From: Felis catus
Lineage: Eukaryota
Direction of reading: 5' to 3'
Assembly (NCBI RefSeq): GCF_018350175.1
Contig: NC_058371.1
Coordinates: 1,302,001-1,366,000 of the forward strand
Length of the DNA stretch: 64,000 bases
The first letter of the stretch is position 1. Each line of letters begins with the position of its first letter. Position numbers and translations under genes: made by a program. Below are positions 1-11,517 of the stretch, one piece after another. The notes under the pieces were generated by a model that saw only the letters and a list, made by a program, of their open reading frames with translations, did not search any database and was not told the origin of the DNA.

Positions 1-2510
1 TTGGCTTCGTATTCTTGACTCAATACACAGAACTGGAAATCAGTCTAGAGGCTGCCTGCATCCACTTCTCAGATTTCTCGGGTTAATCAATATGCGTTAA
101 GCATCTTCTCTGTGGAAGGCACGGGTGGGAGCCAACTTAGTTTGTGACTGAACTCGTATCAAAAAATCTAATGCAAGACGGAGTATTCTGCCAGAATTTG
201 CCTCTTCAAATAAAATTCTTAAAAGTGCACTGTTTTTCCAAGGAGTAATTTCTTGACACGTGAGTGTGAAGGCAGGCAACTCCTCCTTCGCCTTTTTGGA
301 GGTTTCTTGTTCTTCCTGCCTCCTTCGTGCTCCGTAGGGAGGCGCAGGTAGGAAGCGGGTGGGTGGGCTGTTCTTGGCTTCTGTGGCCAAGTTCAGCGTC
401 CCAGCTGAAGTTTGGAAGAATTAGGAAGAAGACCCGCCACCAGACCGTGCACGGTGACAGGCGTGAGGCCGGCCCGAGGCTGCAGACCGTGGCTGCGTGT
501 GCGTCCGCGGGCCAGGCTGCCCAGAGAAGGCGGTGTCCTGCCCTCAAAGCAGGTGACCTGGGTTTGGACGCTCCAGCTGTGCCCCACGACCTGAGGCAAA
601 GCTCCCAATGTCTCTGAGCTCAGCTTTGTCGGAGTGTGAGTGCAGACAGTCACTGTGGCATCGCAGGGTCTGGAGTTCCGTGGGAAGACCGCATGGTGGG
701 GATAGCGCGGACCTCGGGAGCTGCCCCATCGGCGCGCTGGGCTCCTGGTCATCCCCGTTCCGTGTCGGAATCCCCGCAGATGGGTGGCAGCCGGTCTGGC
801 CGGTGCGCCCTTACGGTGGGTGCGTCCCTTGGTGGCGGGTCTAACGTCAGCCTAGCACAGGTGCGGCCTTGGCTTTCGGGGAACCTGCTTCCTCACGGTG
901 CCGCCCAATGCTGAAATAATTCAAGTCTGTCCTCTGCCGGTTTGTTTCTCCAGTCCGGAAGCTAAAACCTTCGTCTTGAGCAAAGCAATGAGCTCTTTCA
1001 ATAGTATTCATTTTAGTCCCAGAAACATGATCCCGTGAGTTTCTAAATTTCTAATAATTCAGTGTGAAATTTGAAAGTATACATAAGGACTCTCCCTTTT
1101 CTTCTCATCTCCAAACTCTCTTTATGATGCCACCTTCTCGCATCTGGGGAGGGGGGACCGCAGAGGCCCGGCGGACGGGCCGGCACCCAGAGGGATGGCC
1201 CGGGCCCCACCCGGATTCAGGCTCCACGCTGCCAGATCCAGTAAGCATTGGAGAAGCCAGAAATCTGGTTTCTGTCTGAAATCTTCTCATTTTTAGATGT
1301 TGGCAAGAATTTCATTAGAAGAAATGCTGTGTGAGCTGAACACATCCCATCAGCAGGCGCGGCTCGCTGCCAGCCCACCGGTTTCCAGCCTTCCCCACAG
1401 GGAGGAAAGCAGGCTAGGTGACAGGGCAGGGGGCCTGGGCCCCGGGCAACAGCCTCACCATCCTCGGACAGCGGGCCTCCCTCTGTCCCTCACAGCTGCC
1501 CTCTCTGGACCTGCGGGAAAGGGTGGGAAAGGGGACCGAGTGCTGTCTTGCCCTCCCAGATATTTTCCCCAGTGATGCCTCTTTTCACGGGAACAAATCT
1601 TAGCGGGAGACGTGGGTGGGTTTCACCGTGGGATTGCGGCATTGAGCACATCACCCCGAGAAGCTCCGCAGGCGGGGATTGGCAGGAAGGCCATGGCCAC
1701 GGAGCTCAGGCGCCTGCCAGGGAACTTCCCTCTCTGCGTCACGGCCACTGCACTGCCCCCTAGAGTCGTGCAGGCAGCTGCATGAGGCCGGCAGGAGCTG
1801 TCAGAGGCAGACTGGGCGAGGCTGTGCCACAGGCTGGGAGGGAGTGGGCCGCACAGGGACACAGGCGCCTCCTGCCCCCACCGCTGGCTGTAGCCGAGGG
1901 AAGTGGGCTTTCTGGTCCCTGCAGGATGGCAGGTGTCGGCCGAGACTGGGCTGCTTGCCGCCCCCATCTCTGCGAGGGGCGCCTTTTTGAGGGATGGCCG
2001 TCCCATGTCACGGGGGAGAGGTCGCCAATGACAAGTGTGTAAGGTGAAGGTTCTGAGAACCGGGAGTCGGGGGCCAGTGTCAGGAAGACGCCTGTCTAGA
2101 GGTTGGTCAAGCTGAGGGGAGATGACCGCTGGCTTGGATAGCTCCTTCTGGTCCACAGCCTGGGGTCTGATAGATGAGACCCTTCCCTGCGCAGACAGAA
2201 GTCCTGCCCCTTCATCCAGGCACTGGTGGGGGGCCCTGGGGACCAGGAAGGGCGGGCCGCATGCATTCCCCGTCTTCGGGGAGAAAGTGCACACCACCGA
2301 ACAGGCTCCCGTGCGTGTGCAGGAGGCCCGCCCCCGCTGAAACAACCGTGGCCAATCCTAGCCCGCCACCTGAGCGTTCTGTCGATGAACAGTGCTGACC
2401 TGAACACTGAGCGTGCACACACCCCCAGCCACACCAGCAGAATCACCCTCCAGTCCCCGCAGCCAGAGCCACCGCCACCAGCGTTCCTGAATTAGCACAG
2501 ACTGCAGGAG

Positions 2511-2547
2511 GCCACGGGAGGAAGAGCCACGGGAGGAAGAGCCACGG
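2511..2547. repeat. 15-bp tandem repeat, 2.5 copies (GCCACGGGAGGAAGA)
   Basis: Exact copies at 2511-2525 and 2526-2540, partial copy at 2541-2547. Confidence 0.9.
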
Positions 2548-2914
2548 TCGGGCACACGGGGACAGGTGCACACTCCGCCGGAATGCCCAGGAGACCGCAC
2601 GCGGGGCAGGGGCTCGGATGGAAATGTGGGCCCCTTCCCCTCACCGCCCAGGATAGACGTTTGTCCAGGAGGAGGAATGGGCTGCAGGAGCCCGACGCGG
2701 GACGAGAGCTTCGTGTGGAATGAGGCCGAGACATTGTGCAGCAGCTGTGTGCCTGTGTCCGCGTGAGAGCGGCCCGTGAACTCGAATCCGCCTGAGGGCT
2801 GGCCTGACCAGGGCATCCCACTCCGGGAATTCATGAAGCTCGCACACTGTTTAGAAGTTTCCTGTTTTCTTTTCTTTTTTAAAAAAGTCATTTCCTGAAT
2901 TGTCAATATTCACA

Positions 2915-3290
2915 TGTTTATTTCTTCACAAAATATTTGCCACCTAATGTGTAGCAGGGTCAGTGCCACAGGATAGAATCAGATTAAGAATCTGTGTCCT
3001 GTCCTCAGGGACTCACACTCCCGAGGGGGCTGTGTGCCCGGCGACTGGTCAGTAGGCATTGGCGAGGGCCTGTCGTGGTGGAACAATGCCCACGGTGTTC
3101 TGCAGGTAGACAGAACCCAGCCTGCAGGAGGAGAAATCAGGGAAGGCTGCCTGGAGGAGGTGAAGAGAGTGGGCCGGTGAGGTGTGTGTGGGCATAGAGA
3201 CGCTCCAGGCACAGGACGGGGCAAGAGCAGTGACCCAGTGGCATGTGCAGGGAGTTGGGGACCACTGGATTCAGCCAGAACAGGACTGAA
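2915..3290 (-). mobile_element. L2 LINE 3' fragment (ancient, degraded)
   Basis: Plus strand reads tttcttcacaaaatatttgccacctaatgtgtagcagg...gtcctgtcctcaggggactcacactc...tcagggaaggctgcctggaggaggtga, resembling the reverse complement of the L2 3' end. Confidence 0.65.
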
Positions 3291-4011
3291 GACCAGGGAG
3301 GCAAGAAGTTAGGAGGGAAGGGCCCTGGGTTCCCGACAGCCTGGAGGGCAGACCGACGTTCACCCGAGGCTCCCACTGCCTCCCAGGTTCCTGTAGCACA
3401 CACCTGTGAATAGGAACAAAATAATCAGGTTTGGGTTGAGTCTTCGAGATGGACGAGATTCAATAGTAAATCACCGAAATTTATGTAACTTAATCCCCCA
3501 CATGCTCGCTGGACCGTGGAACCTAGTTACCAGTGGGATTGATTAACTGTGAGCCACACTTTGATAAACGGTTTCCTAAGGAACGAGGGGGTGGCTGTAC
3601 AGCCGATGTGTGAGGATGCGGCCGCTGTGGGGTCCTCGCGTGTGAGACTCCGTCACCAGTGCCACACAGAGCGCGTGAGCTCAGACGTTCCCTCCAGGAG
3701 CTGAAGTCTATAGACTATTCTCTTGGATTCTCTACTGGATCCTAAGCTTCTTTAAGAATCTGTTGAAAACATGTTACTGCCTGGGAAAATTCGCAGATCA
3801 ACCAGTAACACAAAAAGTCAGCATGCCTGTTCTGGGGCTTCGAGACTCACTGAACCTCACGTCAGGCTCAGAGCCCCGGCCAGCCTGGGCCACAGCCTGG
3901 GTCCCCAACGTCCAGGCCCACCTGCAGGCAGGGAGTGACCCGGGAAGGTGGGATCACTGCCACTCTTACCCTCCCCCAGCTGATCTTGTAGTCTTAAAAT
4001 GTCCAGAAAGG

Positions 4012-4197
4012 CGGGGCTCCTGGGTGACTCTTGATTTCGGCTCAGGTCACCATCTCACGGTTGTGGGATCGAGCCCCATGCTGGGCTCCGTGCTGACCGT
4101 GTAGAGCCTGTTTGGGATTCTCTCTCTGCCCCTCTCTCTGCCTTTCTCCTGCCTTCTCTCTCTCTCAAATGAATAAATAAGCATTTTTTAGGAAACA
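4012..4197 (+). mobile_element. Can-SINE (older SINEC_Fc2-like) with ~20-bp deletion removing the A box
   Basis: ggggctcctgggtg/actcttgatttcggctcaggtc..., CT tract, A-rich tail. Perfect 11-bp TSD gtccagaaagg at 4001-4011 and 4198-4208. Confidence 0.95.
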
Positions 4198-5441
4198 GTC
4201 CAGAAAGGTGTAGGTAACTCACACATTGCTAATAAAAAGCATTTTGGAAGGTAGGTTTTTTGTTGCTGTGCTCGGAAACTATGCTAAACCTTAGTCCTGT
4301 AGCAAAGAGGGTTTAATGAATATCTCATTCAACACCAATTTAAAAAAAAAGAAAAAACATGGGCCGTGATTTATGCATTCTTCACTGTGATTCAGATGAC
4401 CGCTCACTTGTGCAAGTATTTACAGCATATCGAGATTAAATGTCAAGTTTCCATCAGAAATGCCAAGTTACTGGGCCCACGTCTGTACGTAAATTATTTA
4501 TAAAGTGCTCGGAGGAGAGGGAGGAGGCAGAGAAGCCAGGTGCAGGAAGGAGATGTGTCCATCCCAATGCTCTCTGGTTTCTTCCACCAGGAGCGTGAGC
4601 AGCCTGGAGCCCAGGGTGGGGGTGGCAGTGTTCTGTGTTACTGGTTATTTCCCTGCCGTTTCCGTGTGCAGACCTCACCCCAGGCTCCGGTCCAACTGAA
4701 GTTCTGGTGGGGCAGGTTTGGGGCGGGACTGCAGACCAGCGTCCACGTGCTCGCACCCGAGTCCCGCCATCTCTCCCGCGGCGTCCTTTGTGAATGGCCA
4801 AGGAGGATGTGACACATGGCATCCACTCTAGCCCTCCCTGTAGTAGGCATGGGCCTGTTTGGGGGACAGTTAATGATTGAAAACAGGTAAATCTTTCAAG
4901 ATGAATGCAATGTTCATTAACCTATTCATCTTTCCTGTGAGCTCACACGTACCTTTCTTTTTAATGTCGCATAAACCACGTGAGAAGCTATGGCGTGACT
5001 ACATATTATTTAGGGAGTCCAAATCAACGCCCCTGGCAGCCCGTGCTGGTGTGTCCGGCCCTGGGGCCCGAGGCTCCTTTTCAGCGTTTGGATAAACTTC
5101 CCTTGGCCAGGACGCATCTGCTCCTTCTGTGTCTTTCTTCTTTCCTACAAAGGCTCCAGCTGCCCTTCCCTTTCATGTGGCTTCTACAGGTGCTTTACCC
5201 ACTCATTCCCTGGGCACTGGCCCCTGAGACATCCTAGGGGCATCCGAACACAGAGCCACGTGCACAGAGAACCCAGCACAGGGAACCTGTGATAGGTACC
5301 GAGGTGGGTCCTACACACGGAGCCCCTGCCTGCATGGACAGTGGAAGCTGGCTGATTGCTAGGAAGGCTCGTTGACGATCCAGAATCCCACCTCCAACAC
5401 CCAAAAAGTAACATGGATTCTCATCCAAGTGTTCTAGGTGG

Positions 5442-5799
5442 TGTATTACTTTGCCTGAGGGGCTGGCTGTGCAGGACCTACCACAGGCCCTCATCTCTCG
5501 CGTCTTAGAGGCGGGAAGTCTGGGACCCAGGTGTGGGCGGGGCCAGCTTCTCCCGAGTCCTCCCTCCTTGCCATGTAGACGCCCTCACTCCTCGTCTCCT
5601 CACACGGTAGTCTTCCTGGGCATGTCTGTTTCTTCACCATCTCTTGGATGAGGACACCAGTCCTAATGGATTAGGACCGCTCTAGTGACCTCATTTTTCC
5701 TGAATTGCCTCTTTAAAAGCCAAATATAGTCACATTCTGAGGTCCTGGGGGTTGGGGCCCTGACTTGTGGATGGTGGGGACTCGGTCCAGTCCGTGGCA
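5442..5799 (-). mobile_element. MaLR solo LTR, MLT1A-like
   Basis: Starts tgtattac; contains gaggacaccagtcctaatggattagg, tgacctcatt and ccaaatatagtcacattctgaggtcctgggggttggg, all hallmarks of the MLT1A reverse complement. Confidence 0.8.
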
Positions 5800-7274
5800 G
5801 CTGGTTAAGGCTGTGGTGTCTTTTCTCGCCCGGTCTGTTGTGTCTGGCATCGGGCTTCCCCGCAGGAGTGCCGACACCGCATGGAGCCGCATCGCGCTGG
5901 CGTGTTCTTCTTGGGCTGACTGTGTGCAGCACCTGTTCCCTTATCTGACCCCTGCCCTCCCGCAGGCCCGCTCCCGTCTCTGCACCGTTGTGTCATAACG
6001 CCTTTCCCAGCCTCTCCCCGGCCACACAAAGCCCGGCATGCTCTGAGCCCCTCTAACGCCGGCATCCGCACGGATCAGGCAGTGACGGAGAAAAGTGCCC
6101 TGGTCGTCCGGACATTTAGGTGTCCACAACAGGCGGTTGGACGAGGTCAAGACACGAGCCAGAGGGGAGACCAGGTCCCGAGGCTCAGACCCAGCACACA
6201 GCCGACCACAGGTCTGCGGAGGGAACTTGACACTCGACCCGCCACGTCCCTTTAACCCCATTATACTGAGTGACGCGCTCTCACAGGGCACGTGATCCAT
6301 GCTCGGGGACTCTGTGCCCGGAGGAAGGTGTAAGACCTGACTTCCCAAAGTGACGAAGCACGAGAGAAACAAACAGGACAGAAGTGAAATCATAAGGCAG
6401 AACAGAACAGGGAGAAAGGTGCACACACATCATAGACCAAAGATGGTATGGGAGGGGGAGCGAAGGACCAGGCGTGGAAAATGAGACCCTGGCCCTCAGG
6501 GTGGAGGGGCCGTAGAGCTCTCTGCGCCCAGTTTTCCCCTTGGGTTTGCCAGTTGGGCAACATCCTTTCCAAATCCGGGTCCGGGCCTGTTGGCCGTTTC
6601 CAGGGTGATGAGCACAGTCCTGGAGCAGCCCCTGTCCGGGCTGTCCGAGTGGAAAGCTTTGCCTGGAGCTGACCCCAAACTTGCCCTGAATTCCCCCTCC
6701 CATTCTCAGTACTGCCATCCAGAGCATAGCGAGTGAGCTCGGTCCCTTACCAGAAGACAGGTGAGGCCTCTAGGCGAGCCGGCCCTGACAGGCCCTCCCG
6801 AGTCAGCGCACATGGGTCACCCCAACGCTATGGGTGGGGGGTGGGGGGGCTCCCCGGGGCTTGCCACCATCTGGGCCTTGCAGAACCCCCTCCCCAGGGA
6901 CCTTCCCCTTCATACAGTCACAAACTTGCGGTGCTGAGGAATTCTCCTTCCCCTTCTAGTAACAGTAAATGTCTTTACTCAAGGAATAAGCCACATGTTT
7001 ATTCCTCTTTGCTTGGCTAAAAATATGAACGGTAAAGATTAAAAAGAGGAAAAGCGGCCTCGGGCCATCGCTGGTGGCTGTGGCAGAAGGGACGCAGACG
7101 GCAGGCGCGTGGAGCGAGGCGTGGACGCCGTCCGGGGCGCATCGGTCCCTGGGTCGTTCCCGCAGAATACCTCTGTCTCCGTCTGTTCTCGTGTCTGTCT
7201 TTGCCGCACATTCGTAAGCTAGGCGCACAGAGCTGGCACCCGGGCTCTGCCCGCCAGCAGCTGCTTGGCCTTTG

Positions 7275-7420
7275 CGAGCTACGGAAGCGCTCCTTTCCTC
7301 GGTTTCCCCGGCTTCACAATGGGGCTAAGGCGAGTGACCCAGGACACGGGATTGTTCTGAGATTAAGCGAATTAGTCTAAGTGCTCATGCACGCGGCCAG
7401 GGGCGAGCACCGCACATCAG
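7275..7420 (+). mobile_element. MIR SINE fragment
   Basis: ctcggtttccccggcttcacaatggggct...gggattgttctgagattaagcga resembles the MIR core (cctcagtttcctcatctgtaaaatgggg...ggttgttgtgaggattaaatga). Confidence 0.6.
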
Positions 7421-9154
7421 CCCTGTCTCTCACTTTATTATTGCCACAATTGTCATCTGAAGCAAAGTTGGCTTACGCACTGACTTACCTTATTTCTAGT
7501 TGTTGTACGTGCATTTCCTGTCTCCCTACTGTGTGCGTCAGCTCCTGAGGGAGAGCGAAGGTGTACTTTTCTCTCTGTCTGTCCTGTGCCCAGAGCGGTG
7601 CAACATCTACCAGGTGACCTTTAGGCACCAAGCGGAACTGACTTGATTCTTGCTTTTGCAGCAGCCCCTGGGGACTGCTCATTGACCTCCTGTCCCCGGC
7701 CTGAAATGCTGGCCGGGTCCCGCTGTGCATTTCCTGGACTCACAGCAGAAACCCGGAAAGCCCGGGCGAGATGGTTCAGGCTGATGTTCTGCCCAAACGT
7801 CCGCTGCCCGGCCACCACAGGGTTAAGATTCAGCGGGAGTTTGGTTTCCTAATTGGAAATCTCTTCAGCCGAACTCCATTATTCTTCCACTTAGTGTGGC
7901 TTGCTCGGAAAAGGAGGAGTTTAAAGATCTTGTGTGTTTTCTTAAATTTGATGGTAATAAGATTGGATGTTGAAATTTGAGGTGAATAAATCATTGCTAA
8001 CAGGCGGTCTCAGGGCTCCGCGCGGGAAGAATGCAACTGCATGTGGAGTCCGCAGCTGATGGGTCACCGCCAGGTTAGGAAAAGGGAAGCGGGTGTTTGT
8101 TCTTACTCTCTAGACTTTATTTCCAATACTCTGAATGCTTTATTGTGGATCGTGCCATCGTCACACCAACTCATAAGACATTCTGCATTTCTGGGTTTGA
8201 GAAAACCGAGCCCCAGAGAATCGCACAGCTTGGTGACAGAGCACAGTATTGCCTCGAAAGTGCCACTTAGCTCTGAAAAGGAAGCAGGTGACAGCAGGGA
8301 AGGGAAGAGTTTCTTCCAAACACAGACTTGGCGTGTAACCTACAAGTAAGCTCGCTGGTGCAGCCTCTTGACCCTGCAGGTGAGGCAGTGTGACCCCTGG
8401 TGAGGAGGGGACCTGCTGGGTGACCTGGCCACAGCTGCGGGAGCTCCAGGGCCTGGCCCCCCGCCAGCCGCCTCCACCGTCCCTTCTTCCAACTAACAAT
8501 TATAATAACCATCTGCTAGGGCTCCTTTGCTGTGCATTTCCTAAATACTTCAGGTGAGTGGTTCTTTTTAATATTTTTTGTGCACAATAGATCGTGAATA
8601 GATATAGCTGCTAAATAGGAAAAGCCGCCCGATTAAATTTGATATTTATGGAAGTCTTCATTTGTCCTTCCCTTCATCCTTTCCTGTGTCCGTCCTTCCC
8701 AGAGAGGCGGACTCACGGAGAGCAGCACGTGTGTGTCCGTACCTGTCACGTCTGTGTATCCGCCTCGAAATCTAAATATGTACCTGTAGATGCGTGTCTG
8801 TCATCTGACTGCCTGAATTACATTGGGAGCCTGCGTGTCGGGTGCCAGGGCAGAGGACTTACAAAAGTAATTTTGACCCTAGGTGGTTTTCCTTTGTGCC
8901 TTCACTTCAGCATGTTAGAGCAAAGCAAAATACAGGAAATTAGGAGAAAGAGCAATCGTTTTTTGGGGTGACTCTTTAAAGAAAGGTGGGATTCCCTAAG
9001 AAGGAAAAAGGCAGGATTATTTCAGGCAGAGAGCACAGCACACGCAGGGCAGAAAGGCATCGTGCTACGTGGGCCCTTGACGTTAGAACACGTGGCGGGA
9101 ACCACACGGTGGCAGGGAGGAGACAGACATCGGGGTCTAGCCCTTGCCTCCAGT

Positions 9155-9331
9155 GAGAGGCTCTCAGACTTCCGTGAGCATCAGAATCACTGGAAGGGCG
9201 TGATGTGGCACACGGCTGGCCCTGCCCTTGTCTCCAGACCCTGTGCTTCAGGGGAGGGGCCTCAGCGGCCAGCTAGTTCCCCGCTGATGCTGGTGCTGCT
9301 GGTCCGGGGACCCCACTTTGCAAACGGCACT
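9155..9331. mobile_element. MER5A (hAT-Charlie) non-autonomous DNA transposon
   Basis: gcatcagaatcactggaaggg...ctgatgctggtgctgctggtccggggaccccactttg matches MER5A; terminal inverted repeats are degraded. Confidence 0.8.
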
Positions 9332-9693
9332 CCCGGCAGTGAGCACCGAGGGTTAAGTAACAGAGTGATGGGGTTCGTTTTGCACTTGAAACAGTCCGTT
9401 TTCCCTGTTGAAGATAGGTTTTCCAGAGAGAAAGTCTGGACAGGAGGACCAGTGGGGGAGCCCTGGCCACTCTATACGCATCGGTTTGGTGCCATCTCTG
9501 CAGGTGAGCAAAGCCGACGCGCCCCTGCCCCGCGCACGGCCCTCTCCTGGCGGTGGGGGGACGGATGCTCTGGAACAGGCTGTCAGCTCCGTGCTCTGAC
9601 ACGGGGTGGCGAGAGCTCCGTGTGGCGGCTGTCCACGCCCTGGAGCATGTCCAGGAGCCTCCCTGGCTTTTGCCCGTGACATCCCAGAAGCAC

Positions 9694-9698
<5 letters not shown>

Positions 9699-9739
<41 letters not shown>

Positions 9740-9760
9740 AGAGAGAGAGAGAGAGAGAGA
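9699..9760. repeat. A39 homopolymer joined to (GA)11 microsatellite
   Basis: A run at 9699-9737, then g, then (GA)11 at 9739-9760. Confidence 0.95.
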
Positions 9761-10687
9761 AGTTCTGTAGGTTTCAAGTCCCAGAGCTGTTAGTGGAGGG
9801 CTAGTGTTGAAGCCAGACGTCTTCACCTTCTAAGTGTCTGAACGCTTTCGCGGACGACGGGTGGGGCAGGTGGGAGGAGGTAGAGGACAGTATTTCTTAT
9901 ATTTTTATGATGCAGTTCGTATTTATTGCATCGCAGTAGAGACCGTACTTTGTCCCAAGTGAACATGGAGGTCGAGATGACCAAGTTAGAATCTGTTCCA
10001 GCACAGGAATTCCTCGATGTGTGTTTTCTTCTTTGGTGTGGAACCATAGGAGCCTAATGGAAACGTTCTTCCCGGCTATTCTGAGTAGGCTATTAAACAT
10101 TTCTGTGGAAGAAGCACGCAGTTACCCATGAACTGAAATGGTAATGCATGCACGGTAATAGTGGGGTGCAGATCTTAATTGTATTTTAGGACCAGATTTG
10201 TGTTTGTCCTTGTGGTTTTCCTGGAGATTTTCCTCTATGCTACGGGAGGGCTTCCCGTGACACATCAGGGGACGTGGTCTGCCCACAGACACCCTTTAAG
10301 GATACAGCTTGCTGTACCCGTCTGAGCGTCAGCAGTGACTTCCATTTGATTTAGCAATCACGCAGTCTGAGTACATCCCACAGAGCAAGCTTGCGGTAAT
10401 GAAGGTGGGGCACGGTGGGGGCTGGGGGGCTTACCCGCTCCTGGAGAGGTCCATGCACCGACGCGTCCGCTGGCTGCAGGGTGGGGGGCTCGGGGCGCCT
10501 GTGGCTCTCAGATCCTAGCCTGCAGCCCAGCAGACAGCATCCATTGTCTCAGGGCCTCGTCCAGAGACCCCGTCGGGGATCATGTGCAGCCTGGGTGTCT
10601 GCGGCAAGTTTGTGTTCCCTTTGAAGACACATCTGCCCACATCCACCTTACCAAGATGTGACTTTGTCCATATTTAGTGATCTTATT

Positions 10688-10795
10688 TGTGATATACTGA
10701 ACGTGTGCGCCCTGAACATGCCTGTAACCCCCAGTGTGATGGTCCTAGAGGGGGGCTGTGAGAGGTGACCAGGTTTAGATGGGGCAGGGAGCCCT
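10688..10795 (+). mobile_element. MLT1-type LTR 5' fragment
   Basis: tgtgatatactgaacgtg...taacccccagtgtgatggtcctagaggggggctgtgagaggtgaccaggtttagatg resembles the 5' ~110 bp of MLT1A-like LTRs. Confidence 0.65.
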
Positions 10796-10912
10796 GCATC
10801 GGGCTCTGCGCTGACAGTGTGGAGCCTGCTTGTCCCTCCCTCTCTCTGTGCCCCTCCCCTGCTCTCACACTGTGTCTATATATATCAAAGTAAATAGATA
10901 AACATTAAAAAA
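10789..10912 (+). mobile_element. Can-SINE 3' half (Fc2-like), fused to the MLT1 fragment
   Basis: gagccctgcatcgggctctgcgctgacagtgtggagcctgcttg...CT-rich tract...aaagtaaatagataaacattaaaaaa. Confidence 0.9.
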
Positions 10913-11064
10913 TGTATGATGAGGAAATGCAAAATATAAATTTCTTGTTCGCCTCTGCAGTCCAACTCTTAGAATAGTAAAATACAAAGAAGCATCACAT
11001 ATATATTTATGGAATCTGGAAAAAACAAATATACATAGATGCATGTACAGAAATAGGTAGAAGG

Positions 11065-11280
11065 TTTTTTTAACTTTTTTATTCTTTATTATTTTTGAGA
11101 CAGACAGAGACAGAGACAGAGAGCAAGCAGGGAAGGGGCAGAGAGAGAGGGAGACACAGAATCGGAAGTAGGCTCCAGGCTCTGAGCTCTGAGGACAGAG
11201 CCCAACGTGGGGCTCGAACTCATAGACCGTGAGATCATGACCTGAGCTATAGTGAACTGCCCAACCGACTGAGCGCCCCG
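11065..11280 (-). mobile_element. Can-SINE (SINEC_Fc-like)
   Basis: T-rich tail, GA tract, gagacacagaatcggaagtaggctccaggctc, B box ggctcgaac; ends gactgagcgcccc with a short 5' deletion. Confidence 0.95.
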
Positions 11281-11291
11281 AGTTTATTTTT

Positions 11292-11307
11292 TATTTTTTA
11301 ACATTTA

Positions 11308-11354
<47 letters not shown>

Positions 11355-11517
11355 ATGAGTGGGGGAGGGGCAGAGAGAGAGGGAGACACAGAATCGAAGC
11401 AGGCTCCAGACTGAGCTGTCAGCACAGAGCTCCACACAGGGCTGGAACTCACGAACTGTGAGATCATGACTTGAGCCGAAGTTGGACGCTCAACCGACTG
11501 AGCCACCCAGGCACCCC
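11292..11517 (-). mobile_element. Can-SINE (SINEC_Fc-like)
   Basis: Full length, ends gactgagccacccaggcacccc. TSD agtttattttt at 11281-11291 and 11519-11529. Confidence 0.96.

Noticed and set aside
1623-2345. 240-aa minus-strand ORF, the longest in the track
   Set aside because: Pro/Arg/Gly/Ala-rich composition typical of GC-rich non-coding DNA, overlapping ORFs in other frames, and no recognisable domain or exon boundaries.
8520-8560. Isolated consensus donors (CAG|GTGAGT at 8551-8559; minus-strand AG|GTGAGT at 33901-33908) and an acceptor/donor pair at ~49338-49424
   Set aside because: No open, recognisable reading frame or coherent exon chain could be built; such motifs are frequent by chance.
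9062-9679. 205-aa plus-strand ORF
   Set aside because: Starts at a non-ATG codon and runs through a MER5A transposon; no protein similarity.
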